From: Eledone cirrhosa
Taxonomy: Eukaryota
DNA length: 64,000 bases
Assembly (NCBI GenBank): GCA_964016885.1
Contig: OZ024743.1
Coordinates: forward strand, 359,042,001-359,106,000
Direction: 5' to 3'
Positions within the stretch are counted from its first letter, which is position 1. Each line of letters starts with the position of its first letter. A program made the translations under genes and the position numbers. The notes below the pieces were generated by a model. It was given only the letters and a program-made list of their open reading frames with translations, did not search any database and had not been told where the DNA came from. This document shows positions 11,640-27,659 of the stretch, in pieces.

Positions 11640-13160
11640 TTTTATAAATGTTTACCAATAGAGAGAGAGTCGGTTTCTAACATAAACACAAGACTTTCAT
11701 TGGTATTTAGACAACATTAACTAGGTAAATATATCTGCATGTCTGCATGCGTGCGTGTGTGTGCGTGAGCGTGTGCGTGTGCGTGTGTGTGTGTGTGTGT
11801 GCGCAGGTATCGATGTTATTGTATGCGTGGAGGTGTTTGTTTTGAGTTATACGTGTGCATGCAAGTGTACATGCAGTTATCACATGTAGATTTTTGGAAT
11901 GTTTTACATATTTTCACTGTTCCAGTAATAGATTGTACTTGTAATTTCCTAACTAGTCGCGTTCTTTCTGGTTCTGTGAAGCCCAGCTTCTCAAGATTTG
12001 TACTGAGGCAGTTACTAACATATCCCAGTGCCCCAATAATCACAGGTATAAATCTGCAGGTATAGTCAGTGTGTAGAATCTGCAGATTCCTCATGAGTTC
12101 TGTATAGATGTTCTCCTTTTCGCTAATATTTGATATTGTATTGGCATCTGCTGGACAGCTGACTTCCACCACTGTGCATGCCTTCTTTTCTCTGTTCCAT
12201 ATCACTACATCTGGTCGGTTATGCTTGATTTTATTAGGGTTTTGACTGGAACATTCCACCAGTAGTGTTTCATATTATGCCTGTATATGTCTTCCACATT
12301 GCTGTAACTTTTAACTTTTCTAAGAATTGCATACATCATGCCTCATAGGTAGATCGTGCCGTGATGACATCTTTGGAGAGCTGCTTATGACATGGGCGAC
12401 ATCTTCGGTGTCAATTCTGCAGAGTCTGCATTTGTTGTCACAACTAGGTGTTTTGCTTGCATCCCTATCTCACCTGTGAACCAGGTATTTCGTGTTGATT
12501 TCCTGTTTTTAGAATGCAAAAGCATATCTGTCAGAGAGCATCTGTCTCATGCAGACAGACCTGCTCAGTAGATGGGCTCCTACGTTTGGAGGTTCGTAAA
12601 TGATGCGACATTCAAATGCTGTCTGGGCTGATGTTAGCCCTCTGCCCCTTGCTTACGATTCAAGTAAAGGCGGTCTATGTCACTGTTGATGTGGAGGTTT
12701 TCGGTATTGTTTAGGATTATTCGAGCTCTAAACTGCTCGGATTTCGTCTATCTTCCACTCGAGTATTCCAAACGTTAGTGTAAGGAGAGGCACAGCAAAC
12801 ACATTGTGAGCCACTGTTTTATTGTGCGCAGAGAGTTCCGATGCCCATATTTTTCTTAATCGGGTGTCATATTCCTTGGTTATGCGTTCCTTATTACAAA
12901 TACCATTATAGGATATATTCTCATCTATCCCCAGGTATCTGTAGCAGTCCTCGTCAGATATCGGTGAAACAGTTAGGCCATTGATAACAATGTTGTTAGA
13001 TTGGATTGTGGTTTTTTTCCCGGTATGAACATTTATCTTGGCCAAACTCCATTCCTATATCCTTTGAGAATGTTGTCACCAGGTCAAAACTTTTCTTCAT
13101 CCCATTTATGTTCTTGGCATAGAGTTTAGATCATCCACAAAGAAATTATGGGTTAAATGT
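11640..13160 (-). pseudogene. Decayed R4/Dong-like RT-RLE LINE, 3' part
   Basis: THNFFVDD (13130-13160), YRYLGIDEN, HNRPDVVIW..VVEVSCP, PVIIGALG; multiple frameshifts. Confidence 0.85.
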
Positions 13161-13179
13161 ATGTATGTTCTTCTGGTTT

Positions 13180-13797
13180 TATAATTTCACAAATTTTTGC
13201 CAATAGAGAGAGAGTCGGTTTCTAACATAGACACAAGACTCTCTCATTGGAATTTACATAACATCAACTAGGTAGATATGTATGTATGCATGTGTAGATA
13301 TGGATGTTATTGTATGTGTGGATGTGTATGTTTTGAATTGTATGTGTGCATGTGTATATGCTTAGTATCTGTACATGTGTATATGTAGTTATTAGATGAT
13401 TCAAAACGTTTGGAATGTTTTACATATTTTTACTGTTCCATTAATGGATTGTACTTGTAATTTCCTAACTAGTTGTGTTCTTTCAGCTCCTGTGAAGCCC
13501 AGCTTATCAAGATTTGTATTGAGGCAGTTACTAACATATCCCAGTGCCCTAATAATCACAGGTATAAATGTGAAGGTATAATCAGGGTGGAGTATCTGCA
13601 GATTTCTCATCAATTCTGCATAAATATTCTTCTTTTCGCTAATCTTTGATATTATATTGGCATCTGCTGGACAGCTAACTTCCACTACTTTGCATGCCTT
13701 CTTTTTCCTGTCCCATATCATAATATCTGGTCCGTTATGCCTGCATTTTATTGGGGTTTTTACTGGAACATTCCACTAGTACTCTTTCATATTATGT
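13180..13797 (-). pseudogene. Second 3' fragment of the same R4/Dong-like family (RLE + 3' UTR)
   Basis: VVEVSCPADAN...PVIIRALG; 3' UTR ccaatagagagagagtcggtttctaacat shared with 11655. Confidence 0.85.
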
Positions 13798-13889
13798 ATA
13801 ATATATGTATGTATATATGTATGTATGCATGATTGCATGTATGTATGATTGGATGTATGTATGTATGTATGTATGTTTGTATGTATACA

Positions 13890-14088
13890 CGAGGGTTGGT
13901 CGAAAGGTTCATAGGCTGACCAAGATACTCTCATGGAATGACAAAATGAGGTTTATTTTTCAACATAGTCCCTGGAAAACATTTTTGCAGTTATCAATAA
14001 GAATAATTGAAATTAATGTATGCAAGATTTCACAACTCTAACATCACTCCTTCACAGTAGAGCCTATGAAATTTTCAACCGACCCTTG
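13890..14088. mobile_element. Mariner/Tc1-type MITE, copy 2
   Basis: cgagggttggtcgaaaggttcataggct ... agcctatgaaattttcaaccgacccttg|ta; homologous to 2814-3010. Confidence 0.75.
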
Positions 14089-15195
14089 TATGTATACCAT
14101 TAATGTTCAGCAACATATATTTTCCTACACAGAGTCTCGTTAACAAAACATTATAAGAAATGTTTTCACGCGGACCACCACGTCGAGATGAGGTTGCAAA
14201 GTTTGAATGCTTAAAGAATGTAAGTGACATGAAGAATCTAATCAAACTCTTCTCCGTTGAAAGTTGTTAATGGAATTCTTTTTATTTAATCTAAAGATAA
14301 ACAATTGAATGAAACCATACCGCGTTACCCAGTGAATCATCGGTGCACCAGTATTGACTTTAATGTTGTGATTCAAACGTGTTGTTATTCTGTTAACTTC
14401 TCCTAGACAAAAGGATGATTTCACCCCAAGGTCTTCTAAAATGAGTACAGGTATAGCTATGTGGCTAAGAAGCTTGCTTCACATTTAAAGGTTTTTCAGA
14501 GCCTAAATGACTGGTGGAAGGAATAGAGAAAACTATCTCCTGACTGGAGACGACTTGAATATTTTCAAATTGAGCAGATTCTGCTGAAAATACCAAGGGA
14601 CCTGATGGTGTTGTTATTCCGGGTGTCGGGTTATGTATTCCCCCGAAGAACAAAATTGGTTCCTCCGACAGGCTTCCACAGTTTCCATCTGCCAAATTTC
14701 ACAAGCAAGGCTTTCAAGGTATTGTGCAGTGATATTGAACCTGAAACCACGTAGATGTAAAGAAAACATTTTAATAATATAGCCTGCACCAATATTATTT
14801 CTTACTCAACCGTTTTCGCTAATTCGCCAATTACTTCATAATTAACTCACACAAGATTCTTTTTCCACAACTCCATTCTTAAAGATGTCTGTTATAAGGA
14901 AAATAAATTCCCAATAAACTGCAACACTATAATATTACAGTTTGATAAACATGATTTGAACCTTGCTGACTTGGCCTCAGATTAGTTTCTTATTCTTAAT
15001 GGTAGATGTATAGTCAAACGAATGACCACTTTTTACGCCACTAAATTATTGGTATATCGACGTACTTTATTTGATTTAAATCGAAAATAATGATACTTTG
15101 AACTGGTTAGGACAAAATACAGTCAATTGGTACTCCAAATCATATCATAGCTACTTTCAGTGTAAGGTTTCAGTGTAAGTTTCTTATTAAGAGCA

Positions 15196-15238
15196 CTATA
15201 TTATGCATTTCGGATTCGTTAACCTTCGTCAGCAGTAG
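15196..15238 (-). ncRNA. Minimal hammerhead ribozyme motif (weak stem I)
   Basis: Minus strand CUGACGA-AGGUUaacgAAUCC-GAAA-UGCA-UA with palindromic stem III AUGCAU. Confidence 0.55.
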
Positions 15239-15905
15239 CTTATTTACGTCAAGATACCGAGGTATGAAAGACTTTAATGTCTTGTAAAGAAACCATTCTT
15301 GTTGAAAGCTTATTTACATGCAGCGATTTGACAAATAGAAGCCAATTAATTAAGTGTCAGACCGAGCGATACCTTATACATACACACATATATAGTATAT
15401 AATTGTGTGACGGTTGATCCTATGTAAAAGTCGACTACATATTGTTTGCTGCACAATTTGGATTTTTCCTTATAAAAGTCGACGTTACATCTTTAGAGAC
15501 AACATATCAACATTTGTGAATTAAGGTATTATCCTGAAACGCCTCTCTATTCTGTCCGCCGGAGCCGTGGGGCGGCCAGCACGTGGGCCCCCATTAGCTC
15601 ACAATAGTGAGAGATGGGGAGTGTAGAAGAAACTGAGGCAGTGATCGTAGTAGTTTGGTTCTTTTGTGTTGGGACCTGGAGTATATATGTGTATATAAGA
15701 GAGGATGAGTCTAAACGCTATTTCCTGTAAATATATATATGTATTTGTTCTGCCAGATTCATTCTATTGGCAATATTGGCAACATGATCATGTCCAAATG
15801 TATGTACGAGTATGTATGTATGTATGTATGTATGTATGTATGTATGTATGTATGTATGTATGTATGTATGTATGTATGTATGTATGTATGTATGTATGCA
15901 TGTGT

Positions 15906-16511
15906 CAGGTCACCAGTTGGTGCTACTGGTAACATGTATCCCAGTACAACCTGTCTCATGGTCGGGTCGTTGGCGACTAAACTGGCAACCCCACCAAGGT
16001 TTCTTGGTGAGGAGGGTGACTTTGGACATCCTGCAGGACTAAAAACAAAACCTGTCAAAGGGCAAAGGAGCTCTTAAGAGTCAATGGCCATCCAAAATCA
16101 CCGGGAGAGATGACCCCTTAGCCTTTGTCAAGGCAGAATTCTAGGAGAAGGAAAACTCTGATATAACACCTGCAACCCTGATGGTATCCAATGATGTTGA
16201 CTTGTTCTTCTTTTTGGTAAATATCATCTTGGTTAAGGGAGTGGGACTGGCTTTGTGCAGTGCCTTTGCTCACTATAAAAGCTTCACGGCACAGGCATTG
16301 CTTTATATCTGGAGATCTTTCTGCACTTGTCGTTACATGGTACCATGGGCCCAGCACTATGTGTCAATAATTGTCACAGGTGTAGTGTTTGTACCAGAGT
16401 TTTCAAGTCGCTGGCTGGACTAAAAAGTCATATTCGTTCAGCGCATCGGTAGGGGTTCTCCTAGATGGATATAAAGTATTGGCCGTACTCGAAAACGAGT
16501 TGGCAGCCACC
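15906..16511 (+). mobile_element. Full-length non-autonomous RTE-derived element (family A)
   Basis: Near-identical to 9520-10130; (TATG)n flanks. Confidence 0.87.
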
Positions 16512-16615
16512 ATGTATATATATGAGTGTATGTATGTATGTGTGTATGTATGTATGTATGTATGTATGTATGTATGTATGTATGTATGTATGTATGTATG
16601 TATATATATATATTT

Positions 16616-17023
16616 GGGAGAGATGACCCCTTAGCCTTTCTCAAGGCAGAATTCTAGGAGAAGGAAAACTCTGATATAACACCTGCAACCCTGATGGTAT
16701 CCAATGATGTTGACTTGTTCTTCTTTTTGGTAAATATCATCTTGGTTAAGAGAGTGGGACTGGCTTTGTGCAGTGCCTTTGCTCACTATAAATGCTTCAC
16801 GGCACGGGCATTGCTTTATATCTGGAGATCTCTCTGCACTTGTCGTCACATGGTGCCATGTGCCCAGCACTATATGTCAATGATTGTCACAGGTGTAGTG
16901 TTTGTACCAGAGTTTTCAAGTCGCTGGCTGGACTAAAAAGTCACACTTGTTTAGCGCATCGGTAGGGGTTCTCCTAGATGGATATAAAGTAGTGGCCGTA
17001 CTCGAAACGAGTTGGCAGCCACC
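16616..17023 (+). mobile_element. 5'-truncated family A copy in tandem
   Basis: Matches 16103-16511; followed by (TATG)n. Confidence 0.87.
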
Positions 17024-17465
17024 ATGTATGCATGTATGTATGTATGTATGTATGTATGTATGTATGTATGTATGTATGTATGTATGTATGTATGTATGCG
17101 TTCTACAAATATTGTTATAGTGTTGATCTATTCTTCTACACACAAGAAGCTTACACAAGATGAAGTCATTATTCGTAATCACACTACAGTCACAACTTGT
17201 ACACAAAATAATGTAGTTGCTATTATCTCTTATCGCTCTTTTGGATAAAGAAATTAATTTTACTACGTCATTATGTCTGCAAATGGAAATATACGCACGC
17301 AAGTGGAAATATTCATAAGAGCTGCGCAGCCATATTTTTGTGTTTCGTTTGTACGAAATGTGTTTTGATGAGTGTTTTGTATATTCATATAACAGTCGAT
17401 CCCATGAATTTGAGTTTAAAAAATAGTCTAAAAATTCGACTTTTACATGAGCGCATACACATAAA

Positions 17466-17822
17466 CATGATGGCTGCCCCCTCGTTATCGAGTATGGCCA
17501 TTGCACGATATACCATTATTAATAATAATTAATTAATTCTATCGTGCAATGCTTGTGCGTAAAGATATTTGTTAAAGTGACGAAAGACCGTGCACTGAGC
17601 CAATCCCACTCTCTGAGCGACAGTAGCTATAACCCGAAAAGAAGAAAAGATCAACATCATCGGTAACTACTGAGCCGCAGGTTTTATATCGGAGTTATCC
17701 CAGTTTCCTGAGTTGCCTTCTCCTGAGTTGCCTTCTCCCTGAGAAAGGCTAGGGGTCCTTCTCTCCCAGTGGTTTAACCGCGCGATCGGGGTCCAGCCCG
17801 ACTATTTCTATGTCCTCGTGCA
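17466..17822 (-). mobile_element. Non-autonomous RTE-derived element (family B), different 5' end
   Basis: 17466-17784 is the reverse complement of ~59046-59358; followed by (CATA)n. Confidence 0.8.
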
Positions 17823-17946
17823 TATACATACACATACACCCATGCATAAACATACATACATGCATACATACATACATAAATAAATACATACATAATGCAT
17901 ACATACATACGTACATACCTTCACACATACATATTCATATATAATA

Positions 17947-18130
17947 GTTTCTACTTTTGGTACAAGGCCAGCAATTATCCCAGTGCATTACTGGTGCCTT
18001 ATTTTATCGACTTAAGGATGAAAGGCAAAGTTAACTTCGGCGGGATTTTAACTCAGATCATAAAGGGCTGTAACTCTATGCTGTAAAGGGATGGCGTCCG
18101 ACCCTCTACCGATACTGCCAATCCACCGCC
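17947..18130 (-). mobile_element. tRNA-derived SINE
   Basis: Reverse complement of the SINE family. Confidence 0.82.
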
Positions 18131-18755
18131 GTCATATACATATATAATATCAACAAAGAAAGAAAGAAAGAAAGAGAAAACGAGTAGATAGTGGCAGCAA
18201 TCATCGGAAGGATAAAAATAAGAAATGTCTTAATTTTTCTCTCGTGTAATTTGAAAACATTGAAGCAAATAACCATGTTAAGAGATTTATGTATTAGAGG
18301 AGGTTAATCCGGGGTTAATTGATAAAGAACTACTGTAAATATATATTCTAATGATGTCGTAAGTATGCATAAATATGCATGGGTTATGTTTAAGTTTTCA
18401 CTCGCGAAAGATTGAAAGGCAGCTATATGTAATACGTTCTTTAATATCAATCTATTCATATTAGTCTAAAGCAAAGCGCTTCCGAACAGCAAATCGATTT
18501 CGTACTATGGTAACTTCGAACAGATGCATAACAGCTTAAAGGAAATCGAGGTGAGATTTGGATTTTGTTATTATTGATCAGGCTTTTTTTCAACTGTTAA
18601 CATTCTAGCATCATATTTATTATGAGAATTTCTGTGTCTATCGCAAAAGATTTGGCCCTAAGAACGAGAATCTAAATGGCCATTTATGTTTACAAGTACA
18701 TAACCGATTGTTGCACGGGGTGGAATTAGTAATATATATATATTTATATATATAT

Positions 18756-19967
<1,212 letters not shown>

Positions 19968-20292
19968 AGAGAAAGGGAGGGAGACGAGACAGGTAGAAAA
20001 CATTGTTGATAAGAAAGGTATTTTAGAACATTTATTGTCTTACATCTGTGCTCCATGAATGATAAATGGAAATTTTAACTGACAGAGAAACATCCACTGC
20101 ACTCTTTATTATCGAGATTATTTATAATCTATGTATTTATATATCAATCTGTTTACTAATGTATGCGAAAGCCTCTTATAGAAGTGGTAGGAGGACGGTG
20201 GTAGATACAAATTAAATAGTCACATCTTAATGGTCACAGAAAATATAGACATATGTAGACGAGTATTGTGTCATATTATTTTTGAGTAATTT

Positions 20293-20489
20293 GGCGGTGG
20301 ATTGGCAGTGGATTGGCAGTATCGGTAGAGGGTCGGACGCCATGCTTTGACGCATAGAGTTACGGCCCTTGCCATTCTGAGTTCAAATCCCGCCGAGGTT
20401 AACTTTGCCTTTCATCCTTACGGGGTCGATAAAATAAAGTACCAGTAATACACTGGGTAATTGCTGGCCTTGTGCCAAAAGTAGAAACA
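20293..20489 (+). mobile_element. tRNA-derived SINE with 18-bp target-site duplication
   Basis: attatttttgagtaattt at 20275-20292 and 20490-20507. Confidence 0.9.
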
Positions 20490-20579
20490 ATTATTTTTGA
20501 GTAATTTGTGTATTACTACTTCTTCTTGAAACATAGGTTAACCTAAAATATATTCTAGTACTATATATGTTTTTCACAA

Positions 20580-20693
20580 GGCGGTTAAGTTTGCAGAGTC
20601 GTTAGATCACTGGCTGTTTGTTCCAGTTCTCTGAGTTCAAATCTCGCGGAAATCCATTTTGCTTTTCATCTTTTTGGCGTTGATAAAGTACCA
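20580..20693 (+). mobile_element. Degenerate tRNA-SINE
   Basis: ggcggttaagtttgcagagtcgttag...ctgagttcaaatctcgc...ttttcatc...gataaagtaccag. Confidence 0.6.
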
Positions 20694-20932
20694 GCATTAT
20701 TGCTGATACAGCCCTCTCTGCTCTGCTAGTCACAACATCTTGGATGTTTCGCTGGGTCCATGGTGGGTGGATCGAGACTGCATGGGTACCTAAAACGCTT
20801 AACGAATATATGGTACATACTATAATTTATACATGAGTGTGAATGACGATTGCAGTTTAGCTTTAGTTTACTTCATTAATAAATGCTTTAATTTAAGCCT
20901 GTATGAGTGCATACATCCTGAAGTAATTAATT

Positions 20933-21108
20933 GTTTCTACTTTTGGCAAAAGGCCAGCAATTATCCCAGTGCATTACTGGTACTTTATTTTATCGACCCC
21001 CGTAAGGATGAAAGCAAAGTTAACCTCGGCGGGATTTGAACTCAGACCATAAAGGACCGTAACTCTTTGCTGCAAAGCATGGCGTCAGACCCTCTACCGA
21101 TAGTGCTA
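20933..21108 (-). mobile_element. tRNA-derived SINE
   Basis: Reverse complement of the SINE family. Confidence 0.82.
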
Positions 21109-21989
21109 ATAACTAATACTTTATAGTGAAGTTTATGAGCTCATTTTGTAACTTCACTTTATCCCGTTAGTGGACAAATTGTGTCCAAAAGAAACAAATA
21201 TCACGCCACATTCATTATTCATGATTCACCTGACATTCTAAGTATTATTCGCTGTAGCATCTTCAAACCTAAGTGACAGTCGTAACAATAACGTTGATCG
21301 AATTTAATATATTTAATGTATTTAGGTTATCATTGCGACGCACTGCTATTAATTCAACACAACATTTAAAAAATATCGCAGATGATTTATAATAATAGAT
21401 TTGTATACTACAAATATGAAGTTGTTTGTTAATAGCAATAGCATGCTGCTAACTACGCATTCAGAATATCTTTAAAACATTTCCTTTGCTTGTAGATGCT
21501 AAGTTCTTTGAAGCATTATGGATGTTTCTTGTTTAAAGGACAGTTGCATCTAAATATTGGAAGGTTTCGGAAAACGAAAGACGAGTAGATAAGAATCACA
21601 TGTATTGATCTATCGGTAGTAGTGTCTTCTATTACCATCACGTTACATTATGACTTTTGTTCAGGCAATAATGTATTACCAAGTTCTAGGTGTATTTGGT
21701 TGAGATTAACCTCTTTTCGATTAACCTCGAATTTATGTAGTATGCAAACATATAATTCTAGGAAATAACCGAATCGGATTATCAGCTCATAGTTCGTTCG
21801 TCCATATCCGTTGCAAACATTTCCTTATATACCTGAGCAGGATACTTAAATTTACGAGCACTAATTTAACTAACAGTTGAGCATTTTAGTGAAAAGTCAT
21901 TTCGATGAAAGGTATTTCTCTTCCGTCTAAGTTTGATCTATCATTTGTATAACGCCGGCCTTAAGTGCAAGCTATATGAGCTTAAACGT

Positions 21990-22175
21990 GGTCGTTCGAC
22001 TTCTATAAATGGCAGTAAAATTTTCCTCAAATCCCAGCCTGCCGTCTTAAAAAGAAGGACACATTGAACAATGCATGATAGTTTATGGTCGGAAAAATAA
22101 AGAAGGAATGTTCATGGCTGGAATTCTTTTGAGCATGGGTCAGCTAGATCAGGGCTGATTTTGGAGCTAAAAAAA
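21990..22175 (+). repeat. Old dispersed repeat (SINE-like); relatives at ~62610-62800 and ~62830-63017
   Basis: Shared motifs ..tagaaatagcag..aaat...gtcttaaa...atggtcatggctggaat..tttg..cata/g..gggctga....gctaa; highly diverged. Confidence 0.5.
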
Positions 22176-22423
22176 TAAAAAAACAGCATGCATTACAGAA
22201 TCATATGGTTCGTGGATTAAATGGTGAATATTTAACAGGTAAAAACAGTCACTTCACTGAAGCGTTGAGCTCAAATATAATAAAGAATGTTCATTTTTGT
22301 GAGCTTGCATTTTATAGAATTAAGATGAGTATTTATTTACTCCGGATAAAATTAATTTATGTACATACATACATTCTTATATATACACACAGACAGCCAC
22401 ACACACACACACACACACACACA

Positions 22424-22602
<179 letters not shown>

Positions 22603-22714
22603 AATATATATATATGAATATAAGTAGAAGGGGTATTTCATTTGTTGGAAGTCCAACAAATATAAATGTTTATAACTGATTTAGAGCACTCAACACTATA
22701 CTGGAGTAAATATT

Positions 22715-22887
22715 CAATGATATTAAATAAATGGAAACTATATTTATAAAACCATATTTCTTTTATTATATATATTTCAAGGGTATCAATATTGAAAGCG
22801 TATCAATGTGTCTTGGTACCCTTGAAATATATATAATAAAATAAATATGGTTTTATAAATATAGTTTCCATTTATTTAATATCATTG
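22715..22887. repeat. ~73 bp inverted repeat in a (TA)n-flanked insert
   Basis: caatgatattaaataaatggaaac...tcaagggta / tacccttga...gtttccatttatttaatatcattg. Confidence 0.85.
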
Positions 22888-22893
22888 TATATA

Positions 22894-22934
<41 letters not shown>

Positions 22935-23386
22935 ATAAACGTGCTGCGTGGTTGCGAATGGGCTACATATGAATAAAGTGGTCCTTCGTCAGTGATCTTC
23001 CAACCATCACAGGTATTTCTTCGCTTTAAAGACCATATACCTCCGGTTGGAGCGAGCAACGGCTAAAAAAAGCCGTTGGGATACGTAAATAAAGGGGACA
23101 AAGTTGGGTGGCTCAGGATCAATATAGATGTTATAGACCCGACTCCAGTTCATCAAACTTGTTAATCAAGCAAAACCAAAATCTCATCTAACTATCTCGT
23201 ACCAGACGATGTACACACACCACCATGCATACAACTCGAACACACCAAGAGGCACACATCCAACCATGCATGCACTCACACACATACATACAGGTGCGTA
23301 CGTGCGCGCGCACACACACCCGCACAAAATAAATGTGCATATGTATATATATATATATACATACATACACACAAAAATATACACAT

Positions 23387-23434
<48 letters not shown>

Positions 23435-23613
23435 ATATACGTATATATATATATCCAGGGAGTGTAACGTGAAATTACTGTAGGTTCACCCAGGTGAGCA
23501 CTCGATGTTTAGGTTCAGGTCAGCAGCGAGGGGTAGAGTTAGACAGAGTGTAATATAATAATAATATAATAATACAACGATGATGGCTTAAGCCTTCATT
23601 ACGTTCATTGATT

Positions 23614-23698
23614 GGTGACGCGCGTTTCGCTATTGATCAGCTCAAGGTTCGATCTGTATCGATCTGGCCCGACTCTGGAATCAAAAGCTCGTCGGACC
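23614..23698 (-). ncRNA. Hammerhead-like motif (U4C variant)
   Basis: Minus strand GGU-CCGACGA-GCU..long loop..AGC-GAAAC-GCGC-GUC-ACC; stem I GGU/ACC, palindromic stem III. Confidence 0.55.
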
Positions 23699-23730
23699 TC
23701 TGTTGTAGTCATTACTACCAATATATATAC

Positions 23731-23764
<34 letters not shown>

Positions 23765-23773
<9 letters not shown>

Positions 23774-24791
23774 TAAACAAATAATGAATAAACAATTCCT
23801 TATATTAAACAAAAAAAGTTCATTATTTAACGATCGTTTCTAGGATATATATGTGTTAGAATTGGTATGCATATTCAACAGATCTATGTACAAAATTATA
23901 CAAAATTATACAAATTATCAAGATTAAATATACATACCAAACACATATATACGTCGTCTTCAGAAATAATGAAGTATATTTATTGATAATAACAACAATT
24001 CAAAATTTCAGTTCAAAATTGACCAATGAAAACACAAAGGGCTAAATGCAGTTTGGTGTGTGTATATACATGTAAAACCCTTACACATATTTTACAAAAA
24101 TGTATGTATAATTTGTATACGCATACTAAAAGGATGGATGCAAATACAAAATTTCAAGGTTAATGTCTCTGTAAGCTTACAATGCGCAGATAAGATGCGC
24201 ATTGATACTTATGAAATCAAGTATATAAATATATTTTTTCATACTCACACATATCAGTACAATCACACATACACGCGCGTATATGCATAAATATACACAT
24301 AACCACGAACATACAAACACACACACACCCCCACTCACATTTATATATGTGGATATAAAATCATAAGCACATGGATATTAATTCACTCACATAAAACACT
24401 GGCACACACATTTTTAGATCAAGATACAGAAATTAGGTGGGAGGGGGGGGGGAGGGGTCAGTATTCAATTGTCTGAGCAGACTGCCTAATATAAATGTAT
24501 CTATAAATTAAGAAAAATAAAAAAATAAAACAATAAAATATAATAAATATAATATAATATACATACACATACAGATATATACACATACATACATGTACAC
24601 ACACATAGAAATATTTACGCATACACACATACACACATACATATACAGTCATACACACACATACACCTACACGAACATACACATACACATATATAAAGAT
24701 ATATATATACACACACACGCACGCAACACATACACACATACACATATATATAAAAAATAAATAATAAAGATATATACCCATATATATATAT

Positions 24792-24823
<32 letters not shown>

Positions 24824-24909
24824 ATATACATACACATACATCTAAATATACATACACATACACACACACATACATGTACATACATGTACATATACGCACA
24901 TCGATATAC

Positions 24910-24940
<31 letters not shown>

Positions 24941-25217
24941 TAGACATATAGATACATACACACACAACTTACATACACACATATATATATACATGTATAT
25001 TCATACATAGAATTAGATATATAATCATACATACATATGTACTTACTTATACTCATATATACAAATACACACGCATCCATACATGCGTATATACATAAAA
25101 AACCACTACAACCTCCCCTAAACTCAGACATACAAATAAAAATAATAATAAAAAGGCATATGTATATACATACACACACGCATTAATAGAGATATATATA
25201 TACACACATACATACAC

Positions 25218-25278
<61 letters not shown>

Positions 25279-25384
25279 TACACTCATACATATATATAAA
25301 CATATATATACACATAGATATCCACACACTTATACCACCATAAATACACATACAAACACCCACATATACATATATATACACACG

Positions 25385-25418
<34 letters not shown>

Positions 25419-25537
25419 TAAAAAACAGACATGCACATATATATATATTTTTTTACACTTATATATACACATATTATATACACATACACAACCTCACTTA
25501 TACACACATACACATAAGTTATATTATAATAATAAAG

Positions 25538-25578
<41 letters not shown>

Positions 25579-25680
25579 TATATATATATACATACATACA
25601 TACATATACATACATACATATAAACATATACATACATAAATACACACATACGAAAATAGACATATATTCACACATAGACA

Positions 25681-25739
<59 letters not shown>

Positions 25740-27645
25740 ATATACACAGACACATATACACACTCACATATATATATGTGTGTGTGTGCACACACACATA
25801 TATACACACACACACAAATACACATAAACACATACATATGCATACATGCACACACACACACATATATCACATAGATACGAAGATAAACATATAAATAGAG
25901 AGACATACATATATATACAACACACATACACACACATACATACACACGCATATACATATACATATATATATACATATATATATTCCTATATATACATGCA
26001 TACACATATATACACATATATACACATACATACACATATACGTACACACATTCACATACACATACATATATAATGCATATATACACATATATACATACAT
26101 ATACACACTCATATATACACACGCAATCTTACATTCATATTTGCATGCGCATATATGTATTTTTATATTTAGATATAAATACCCAAACCTATATAGACAC
26201 CTACCTACATATATATTCATACATAGACGCTTACAAATACAGATGATAATAGTATGGGGGAAAGGGGGGGTTTGGAGAAGGGGATCAAAGTAAATATATG
26301 TTTCAAGAAACATAGAATATTTTCCGTATCTTTATCCAATGTATGTTCTTACATATTTTCAGTGTTAGGAAATACAACCAACAAGAACTAAGGCAAAATC
26401 TATGCATCTCAAAATAAATAAGTATACCATTAATCATATGTTAACTAAACCAAAGATAGTCAACATATTGACTTCTAAGGTGTAAATTAGTTAGGTTTAT
26501 AATATTTGAAGCAGAATTTTGAAGTTAAATAGTAGTAGATTATTAATTACAGTATAACTAAATTAAAGTTAATAACGTTATGGTATCAATATTAGGAAAT
26601 GAATTTAGTAATAGGGAAAAAAAAACACAAATAAAAATAAAATAAAGTATTACATCGGTAGTAGAATATAAATTATATGTTAACTAAATTAAAAATTATA
26701 TATTTATTTCAATAGTATATGTTAATTAGGTATACAATACATAAAGCAGATATTGTATTTCATCAATAGCATAATATAATTATATGCAAATAGAAATCAA
26801 AATTAATACGCATACATATACATATACATACACATACACATATACATACATATACACACACATATATATATAAATATATATATATATATACACATATATA
26901 CATACATACACATATACATACACACACACACATACACATACACGTATACATATACATATCTTTTTCAAAAAATTGCATAGAATATATTAACTAGGTATAT
27001 ATCCAAAACACATCCCATTCTATGATTACATGACATTCTGCAATTCGTCTGTATAAGGATACTAATTTTAAGCAAATTAAAATTAAAATTTTTAGGTTGA
27101 TTAAAACTAAAACCAAATAATAAATATATTTCTAAAATGTATATTAATTAGGTCTATAATACTAAAAATTATTTCTCTGTCATTGGATACACGATATTAT
27201 TTTGTTATATTTTATCTGTAAAAGAATTATAAAAGGTTTAAATAAGTTAAAATTAATCTATAAATTAAATTACTAAGTATATATTAGTAATATTTAAAGG
27301 TTTTTCACAATTTATGATTACATAATATTTTATATTCTCATCTGTAATAAAATATTAATTAAATTAAATTTATAGGTTAACTAACATTTAAATTAAATTA
27401 ATTTCTAAAATAATGTTATTAATTAGGTTTATAATATTTAAATGTTTTTTTTAGTTTATGATTACACGATATAATTAATTCCTGTCGTTTATTTAATAAG
27501 ATATCCTTAGACTTCATTATTTCAAATAGTTCTTGGGAACATAATCTACATTCATTTCTATTATTTTGATAAGGGGTGGCTCTTTTGAGCACACTCCAGG
27601 TCAAATCATATTTTATATTCTTATTTTTATAACTATTGATTTTTT
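23765..27645 (-). repeat. Left arm of a ~3.9 kb inverted repeat (inverted 3' copy of PLE)
   Basis: Reverse complement of 28078-31949; mirror ORFs in the track (27419-27604/28119-28304, 25867-26313/29410-29856, 24060-24290/31424-31654). Confidence 0.95.
23819..23973 (-). ncRNA. Type I hammerhead ribozyme with long stem II (inverted copy)
   Basis: Mirror of 31741-31895. Confidence 0.8.
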
Positions 27646-27659
27646 ATAACTATTGATTT

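Noticed and set aside
14590-14790. Possible second old SINE family (ggcttccacagtttccatctgccaaatttcac)
   Set aside because: Single degenerate copy; boundaries not supportable from this window.
22960-23035. Minus-strand CUGACGA-AGGACC
   Set aside because: No correctly placed GAAA or stem III.
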